Assembly: GCA_001643675.2 (NCBI GenBank)
Contig: LSRY02000010.1
Location: 1,798,001 to 1,862,000 of the forward strand
DNA from: Monocercomonoides exilis PA203
Taxonomy: Eukaryota > Protista > Preaxostyla
Direction: 5' to 3'
Length of the DNA stretch: 64,000 nucleotides
Made by a program: the position numbers and the translations under genes
The notes under the pieces: model-generated
What the model was told of the DNA's origin: nothing
Databases searched by the model: none
What the model saw: the letters and a program-made list of their open reading frames with translations, nothing else
Part shown: positions 37,472 through 46,400 of the stretch, in pieces
Layout: the number at the start of each line of letters is the position of its first letter
Numbering within the stretch: the first letter of the stretch is position 1

Positions 37472-40400
37472 ATGGAAGAATACAATGGAAAGTCTTCTGA
37501 GTCTCTCAGCGGACCTCAAGATCCAATAGCAATTGTTGGTCTTGGGGCCCGTTTGCCAGGTGGAGCGAATTCTCCTGAGCAATTTTGGAAATTGTTATTA
37601 GAAGGTTATGACGCAATAACTGATGTGCCAAAAGAACGTTGGGATGGTAATTACTTCCACGATCCAGAGAATCTTGGACTTGTTGGAAAATCTATTCAAA
37701 ATAAAGGTGGTTTTTTGAAAGGCTACAATATTGATGAAGTTGATTTGAAATTCTTCTATCTTTCACCAAGAGAAGCCAAAAGTCTTGATCCTAACCAACG
37801 ACTTCTTCTTGAAGTTACTTATGAAACATTCGAAAATGCAGGTTTGACACTCGAACAGGTGAGTGGAAGTCGAACTGGAGTTTTCGTTGGGATCTCTGCA
37901 ACAGATTATTCTCATTTGCAATTTCCAGATATAAATACAATTGATGTTCACACACAAACTGGTGTTTCAACTTCGATTGTTGCCAATCGTGTTTCTTATT
38001 TCTATAATCTTATTGGTCCTTCATTTATTGTTGATACTGCTTGTTCTTCAACTCTTGTTGCATTAAATTGTGCTTGCCAGTCTATGAGAACACACGAATG
38101 CGATGCAGCATTATGCGGAGCTGTAAATTTGATGATGTTTCCAGAAATTACAGTCGGTTTTTCAAAACTTGGAGTGCTTTCGCCTGACGGACATTGCAAG
38201 GCTTTTGATGCAAAAGCAAATGGATATGTGAGATCGGAAGGATGCGGAGCAGTTCTTCTGAAGCGTTTATCCGATGCTGAAAGAGATGGAAATCGTATCT
38301 ATGCAGTTATAAGAGGAACTCATGTTGGCTCTGATGGACATTATCAGCAACAAATGACTTCTCCATCTGAGCAGCAACAAGCTGTTGTTATTCGAGAAGT
38401 ACTTAAGAAGTCAGATATTTCTTCAGTCGATGTTGGGTACGTAGAGTCTCATGGAACAGGAACTTTTGTCGGAGATCCAATTGAATGCCGTTCTGTAAGT
38501 TCCGTTCTTAACATTGGAAGGGAAGGAAAAGAGCCCATCCTTATTGGCTCAGCAAAATCAAATGTGGGACATCTAGAGCCAGCAGCTGGTATTGTATCGC
38601 TTGTCAAAATTGCCATGGTTATGAAACATGGAATTATTCCTCCTACAATCAGCATGAAAAAGCCAAATCCAAATATCGATATGCAGAAACTCAACGTGAA
38701 GATAGTGACTAATGCAATGAAATTCCCAGCACCCCCACGCTGCGAAGTTCCACGCACTGCTTTAATTTCTGCATTTGGTTTTGGAGGTACAAATGGAGGA
38801 TGCATTGTGCAAGAATACCGAGGAGGCAAAGGATTGAAGGATGTTAAGAAAGGGTTGAAGGAAATCGAAAGAGAGGAGCTGTTTTTGCTCTCCGCAAGAT
38901 CCGTTGAAGCACTTAAAGGACAAGCAAAACGTCTTGCAGAATATTTAAGCTCTAAGACAGCTTCACCAATTCAGCACGTGGCATACACACTTGGCTGCCA
39001 TAGAACGCAGCACAAACAATGCAGACTTGCGTTTATTGCCAACTCCAAAGAAAGTGCAATTGCCGAGCTGAATGCGTTTATCGAAGACAAGAACGACACA
39101 GGAGCAGTGCAGACTCGCTTCACATCTTTTGCACCATCTGAGAAAAAAAGGAAGTTGTGCCTTGTCTACTGCGGACAGGGCTCGCAGTGGTATGGCATGG
39201 GACGTGTGCTGTACAGAGAAAATGTGGTGTTCAGAGAGTGGATGGACAGAATCGACAACTGTCTGAAGGAAGCAGGTGCGGAATATTCAATTGTGGAGGA
39301 AATTACAACCGGAACTGAAGAGACCTCGCATATACACGAAGTGGAATATCTGCAGCCAATCTTTTTCGCCATCCAGGTGAGTTTGACAAAAGTGATGGAA
39401 GCTGCTGGTCTGAAGCCTGACGCCATTGTGGGACATTCGCTGGGAGAGATCGCTGCTGCACACGTGTCTGGAGCGCTGTCGATTGAAGATGCCACTCGTG
39501 TTGTGTGGGAGAGAGCGAAAGGACAGAAAGTTGCACACGGAATGGGATACATGGCGGCAGTCACAGCTGAAGACGGAAACGATCTGAAGAGATTGATCGA
39601 AGGAAAAGGAGTTGATATTGCGGGCCACAATGCACCAAAGAGATGGAACATTTCTGGTGAGACAGCTGGCTTGGACGAAGTGGAGAAGCTGGCAAATGAA
39701 AAGAGAGGTTCAACTGTGCGTGTGAGACGTCTTCTGGTCGATGAGCCAATGCATTCACAGTTTGTTGATCTGTCTCATGATCAAATTATCGAAGGATTGG
39801 AGGGCATTTCTCCTGCACGTCCAACAACTACGCTGATTTCGACATATACACCGTCAGTGAAGGAGGTGAAGATGGACGGGTATTATTGGTGGGCGTCTCT
39901 CCGTAATCCAGTACTGTTTATGGATGCCATTCAGGAGATGATCAGAAGAACATCGACTGATTCTCCACACGACGCAGAGGAGAATGCAGAGGGAGAACAA
40001 GAGAATAAGGGAATTGAATGGGTGTTCCTGGAATGTGGGCCACACAACGTGCTCAGAACTTTCTTGAGCGAAATTATGGCTGTTGAAAAGAAACCGTTCG
40101 TTTATGTTCCCACATTGTTGAGAAAAGCAGAGAATGAGCGTTTGCTGATGCTGCGAACATTGGCCAATATGTTCTCATTGGGATACAATCTTGATCTGAA
40201 GAAATCTGTGTTTGTGCCATACAACACATACGACGAAAGACAAGCCCGCGTTTTGTTTGAAGAGTCATCTCTGTCTGCAAAGGAAGATGTCCAGGAGTAC
40301 TATTTCGTACCAGACCTTCCATATTATTCGTGGGCTCGCACAAAGTGCTGGAACGAATCACCTGTTCAGCACGAGCATCGCTTGGGACCAGTCGACGGAC

Positions 40401-43400
40401 ATCCCATTGCGAGAATTCGGCAGGACACACTCAACCCTTGCTGGCAGAGCGATATCTCCACATCGCACATCCCGTGGGTGCTGGATCATTGCTTGCAAGG
40501 AAACATTGTTGTGCCTGGTGTGACATTCGTGGAGTGCATATTGACATGCGGACGAAGAGTGTTTGGCGACAGGCCTTTCTGGCTGCGTGATGTGCAATTT
40601 TTGAATGCGTTCTATATGAACAAAGGAGAAACATTCAGAGTGACCATTTCATTGGATCCAATCAACAAGCCGGGCTCCCGTTCCTCAACTGTTGATGCAT
40701 ACAACGTCACCTTATCATCTCGTCTACTTCCCAGTGGCGAATACACACTTCACTGCGCTTTGGTGATGGAAGCCGAAGAACAACTGGCAGAGAGGGAGAA
40801 AAAGCAGCTTGAAGATGTTGTTGATGTTCCTGTTGGATTCACCCCATCTCATCCAGCGAATGCATTTGACGATGTTGATCTTGATGAATACAGAAAACTG
40901 TGCCCGATTGAAATTCCAATTGATCAGTTCTTCTCTCAACTGTGGGTTGATGGGCTGGAGCTGAGCCGACAGCTGCGTCTGACCAGACGTATCTGGTTCA
41001 ACGACAGAGACAACCCGGTGATGTCTATTGCTTACATCGAAGTCAATCCAGAGACGACTGAAGAGGAGCTTGGGAAGTGGGGATTCATGTACCCACCTCT
41101 GCTTGACTCCTGCCTGCAGTCTGGTCTGTCTGCCCGTGCAAAGAGAGGAGCCTTCTTCCCAGTCTCAGCACGCCGCGCACGCTTTGCCCGCTCTTTCCCG
41201 AAGAACTGCCGCCACTGCTGGTCTTTGTCCCGCAAGGATCCAGTCACAGGAAACCTGTCTATGACCTGCTGCGACGACGAAGGACACATCTACGGGTCAC
41301 TTCAGGATGTGGTAATCAGATACCTGGAATCTGGAAAGAGAGGCAGCAAGCTGGGCATGATTGGAGGTCCTGAAACTCCAATGTTTGAACACAAGTGGGA
41401 GCAGATTGCTATTCTGCCTTCATATGAAAGAGAATCGTGCTCGAAATCAGCTGCATTTCCTTTGATTCCATTCGACGAGTCGGATGATAGATGCTGCACT
41501 GACTCAAAGATAGTTAAGTTCTCAGATAAAGAATTTACAGAACACTTCAATTGTCTGATGAACAGCATTGGAGCGGAGTTCCAAGCACAGGAAATTGCAG
41601 AGAACGTCATTCCACTGAACAACCTATTGACTGATGCTATTATTCTCGAAGTCTTCCGATCAAAACTGAATCTGTGGAAAGAAGAAGCCGATTTGATTAA
41701 GCAGAAGAAACTGAATGTTGCCGACATCAAACCAGTTCCTGTGAAGCAGCTTGCTGAATCCGCTTCGATTCTTCCTTTCTATCACAGACTTTTCTTGCTG
41801 CTCTGCCGCTACATGTCAGATTCTGGTTATTTTACACTCAACTTAACAGCTGAAGCGCAGAAGAAAGACAAGAGCGAGCCCATTTTCTTCATTGAGAATT
41901 ATGTTGTTGCTCCGCTTGCGCCATTCTTCCACGATGAGACACAACCATTGCCTCACAACGAAGATTGCGATGCGTTGGCTTCTGAGATTCTGACCAAATA
42001 CCCTCAAATGCGCCCTTCGACGATGCTTATGATGGACGTTGGCCGGAGAATGAAGGATGTGATTGTTGATGGAGAAAAAGCGATTTCGATGATCTTCAAA
42101 GACAAAGGACTTGCAGATTCTGTGTACAGAGATGATGGCGAAGTGCGTACTCTCAACTATGTTGTGCAAGGTGGAATGAAAGGGTTGACTGAACACATTC
42201 AGCGCTTTGTTCTGCCAAAGACTCCCGAGAAACTTGACGAGAATCTCATGAATCTTCTGAAAGGGAAACACGACAAACCGTTGACCATTCTTGAGGTTGG
42301 TGCAGGAACAGGAGGAACTACAGATTATTTGCTTGAATTTTTGGATCCTTTGACGACAACATACACATACACTGATATTTCTGCCTCCTTCTTTGGAACA
42401 GCAAAGGAGCGCTTCTCTCGTTATTCCTCGTTTATGAACTTCAAAATCTTGAACATTGAGAATTCGCCAATGGATCAAGGCTTTGAGCCATATTCACAGG
42501 ATATCATCATCGCAGCCAATGTTGTCCATGCCACTTCTGACTTGTTTACCACACTGACACACATCATGCAGCTTCTCAAGCCAGGCGGGCACTTGGTTCT
42601 TCTCGAAGCATTGAATGGATTGAGATGGCTCGACTTGGTGTTTGGACTGACTGATGGATGGTGGGCACTCAAAGATACGAACTTTAGACAGCATCCATTG
42701 CTGACACCAGACATGTGGAGAGACATTCTGAAGAGAGTTGGTTTTGAGACATGCCAGGTTGTTAATGAATGGACAGCTGATTCGAAGCTTGAAGTTGAGA
42801 AGAAATTGCATTCACGTCTGGGAATGATGGTTGCACGCACTAAGTGCAGTCTGACTGAAGAAAAAGAGAAAGTCGAAATTTTGTTGAATGAACAAAAACA
42901 AGGATGGATGAAAAAGGCGTTCGAACGAGAAGATCAAGCTCCAACAACTACATGCGTTGTCTTTGCAGAAGAAAGAAACGTTCTCTCTGGTAGAATTGTG
43001 TCTTCACTGCTTCGTGATGGTCATTTCGTCATTGCAGCATCTCACAAGCCACTCCCAACAACACACAACAATGAGGACGAGTCATTCCTTCGCACTCTCT
43101 GCGATTTGAATACAACATACAGAGAAACAGATCCAATTCGCCCGAAGGACTCTTTGCTCAATGAAGAAGAAATGAAAGTGTATATCAAACATTTCCATGC
43201 GATTTACGTTCCCGATGCATCAAAGTCTCGAAAGGGATACGACGCAATCTTTGAATACGTCAGTGAACACAAATTGGCATCGATTGTCTCACTCGTTCAT
43301 TTGTGGTCACTTGATCTGCCGTGCGTTGCTAAGACCGAAGAGGAAGTTAAACTTGGATTCGAAATGAACATCTACTCTCCGCTGTACCTTGCACATGCAC

Positions 43401-46400
43401 TGATGGATGCCTCAAAGACTGCATCTGTTTCTTCTCACATAACCACATGGGGTGTGACAGAAGGCGTATGGAGTGTTTCTGGCCAGACAAGAGGAATAGT
43501 GAAGGGAGAAGTTGGGTTGGGTCAGTCAACCATTTGGGGACTTAACAGATCCATCATCAACGAAATTGGAACTGTTCATCCTCGGTCGCTGGATATTGGC
43601 CGCTGCCCCGGACTTACTGAAGTTCAAGGCGTTGTTGGAGTCATCTGCTCAACTGCACTTGATGCAAAGGAAAAATCAGAAGTTGAAGGAAGTTCATCAT
43701 CAATCACTGCAGATACCTCTGCTGTGATTCCACTCAATGAAACTGAAATTGCAATCAGAGGAAACAAATGCTTTGGCCAAAGACTGGTCGAGGTTATGGA
43801 CACATCAGAGCTTGGCGTGACATTCAAATCACTTCAAACAAATTCTGATCCATTCCATTCAGCTGCCAACAGCTTCACACTGACATCACCCGGCAAAGGC
43901 TTGCTTTGGCTTGAAGAGCGAAAGCGAAAGGAGGCATTAGCAGAACACGAAGTAGAGATTGATGTTGCTGGATGTGGTGTGACAGCACACGACGTGTCCG
44001 TATGGCAGCGCTCTGGCAACAGCAGCAAAGGGCAAAGCTACGACCTGGGCAATGAATTTGCTGGTGTGGTCCGACGAGTAGGAACAGGTGTGACACGCGT
44101 GAAGGTTGGAGACTTTGTGTTTGGTGTGGGAAAAGAATGCTGCGGATCGTTTGTGACTATTTCTGAAAGCCACGTTGCTGCGTTCCCGAAGGACTGCGAC
44201 CTCAGCTGGGATCAAGCTAGCGGGTTGGGTCTGGAGCTATCAGCTGCAGTGTACTCGCTTGTGAATGTTGGGCGAGTGAAGAAAGGAGATTACGTGCTGA
44301 TCACTGGAGCCACTGGAGCAACAGGGCTGATTGCCATTGAGATCTGCAGACAGGTCGGAGCAATTCCGATTGTCACATCAAGAAGCGAATACAAGCGCCG
44401 CTGGTTGCAATACATGGGACTGAAGCATGTGCTGGACACTGATGCTATTACCATTGTTGAGAAATGCAGGGAAATCACAAACGGAAAAGGAGTGAAAATT
44501 GCAGTCAATGCTGTTCCTGTTGATGCAATCTTGAAGGCTGCTTTGACTTCTCTGAGGAAAGGTGGAGCTCTTGTTGACTTGTGCGCATCCAGCACGAGCA
44601 ACCTCCATCTCGACTCAACTCTCCTTGCTGGACGCAACATCACATACAGAGCTGTTGACATTCTGCAGATGTTCACTGACCCAGATTCAGAAGAAGAAGT
44701 CATCGAATTGATGGATGAGTGCACCAAAGTTCTGTCCAATGAACAATTTGCACCACCACCAGTCACCACATTTGCACTTTCACAAGCAAAAGAAGCATAT
44801 GAAGCAATGAAATCTGAGAATCATTCAGGAAAGATCGTACTGTTCCCTATTTCGTCTATTCCTCCTCTCTTTTTGATTGATGTTGAACAACTTGCTTCTC
44901 AATCATCTGCTTCGTCTTCATCAAGCGTTCCATCAACCTTACCGATTAAAGCTCACAAGTTGAAATATGCTTCGCCTTTCATTTATTCTCCTGTTGCTGT
45001 GCCTTTCGCTCAAAAAGTGCTTGGAAAAGAAGCACAAGGAAGCTACATTGATCCAACCAAGACTTACTTGGTGACAGGTGGAACAGCTGGATTCTCCCTT
45101 GAATTGGCTGTTGGATTGCTGGAAAGAGGAGCAAAGCATCTTGCTGTTTCCTCTCGTTCTGGCGCAGGAAATGAAGAGAGACAGAGGAAATTCCAGATGC
45201 TGAGAGAGAAATACGATGCAGAGATTAAAGTGTTCAGTTGCGATGCATCTTCTTCATCAGAGACAAGAGCCATGCTGGCTGAGATTAGAAAGACAATGCC
45301 TCCACTCACTGGTGTCATCCACGGTGCAATGCTTTTGCATGATGGGTATCTGATGAACTTGGATGACAAGGCATTCTGGGAAGTGCTTGGTCCCAAATCA
45401 TTTGGTGCTTGGCTGATTCACGACGATACTGTGAAGAACAACGATCCAATCACAATGTTTGTGCTTCTCTCATCGTTGAATGTTGTTGTCGGAACACACG
45501 GACAGGCAAACTATGGTTCAGCTAACATGTTCCTTGACTCACTTTGCTTGCACAGAAGAAGCTGTGGACTGCCATGCATCTCTCTGCAGTGGGGTGTGCT
45601 GGGCGATGTTGGATACGTCCACCGTAACACAAGCACCATCGGACAGAACATGGGACAGTTTGGATTCCGCGCATTCTCTGCCAACTGGGCTAAGAGAGTG
45701 ATGCACACATGCCTCGAGGCACAGGCTGACTTAGAGCAGATGCGAAGCAGTGAGTGGAATCACGAATCTGTTGAAAGAGCATCCCATTCACTCACCTCCA
45801 CAATGGCTGAAAGACTGTCAAATACCTACAAAGCTCTTCCTGTCGGTCTTCTCCCAGGCTCTCTTCGTCCTGAAAACGATGTTGTGATCAAGTCACACTT
45901 CTTTGACGGCTCAGAAAACTTCCGAAATGTTCTTCTTGCAAGAGAAGTGTACAAACATCCACTCTTTGTGCCTGTGACTGTTGGTGTCTTCAATGTGAGC
46001 TGGAAGCCATTGTTTGCATTTATGCAAACACTTGGAGACACAGCTCGTATGAGATACATGAAAGAAGCCTCTGAATTGGAAGCAGCTGCCAGCGAATCAG
46101 CTGATTCCACGAAAGATTCAGCCTCAGCTTCTTCTTCCTCTGCCTCGTCTTCTTCGTCCAAAGGCACTGGATCATATTCTTCAGTTTCTGATGCACTTCG
46201 TTCGATGGTCACAGAAGAGGAGTCAATTGCCTTTTTGGCTCGCTCCATTGCAAATGAAGCAGCACGTGTTTTGGGTCTGTCGAGCGGCGATGCCATTGTG
46301 GTGGATGTTCCACTGTCACAGTATGGTTTGGATTCACTCACAGCTGTTGAAATGAAGAACTGGACAGAGAAGCAAGTGAAGGTCGATATTCCTGTTGTCG

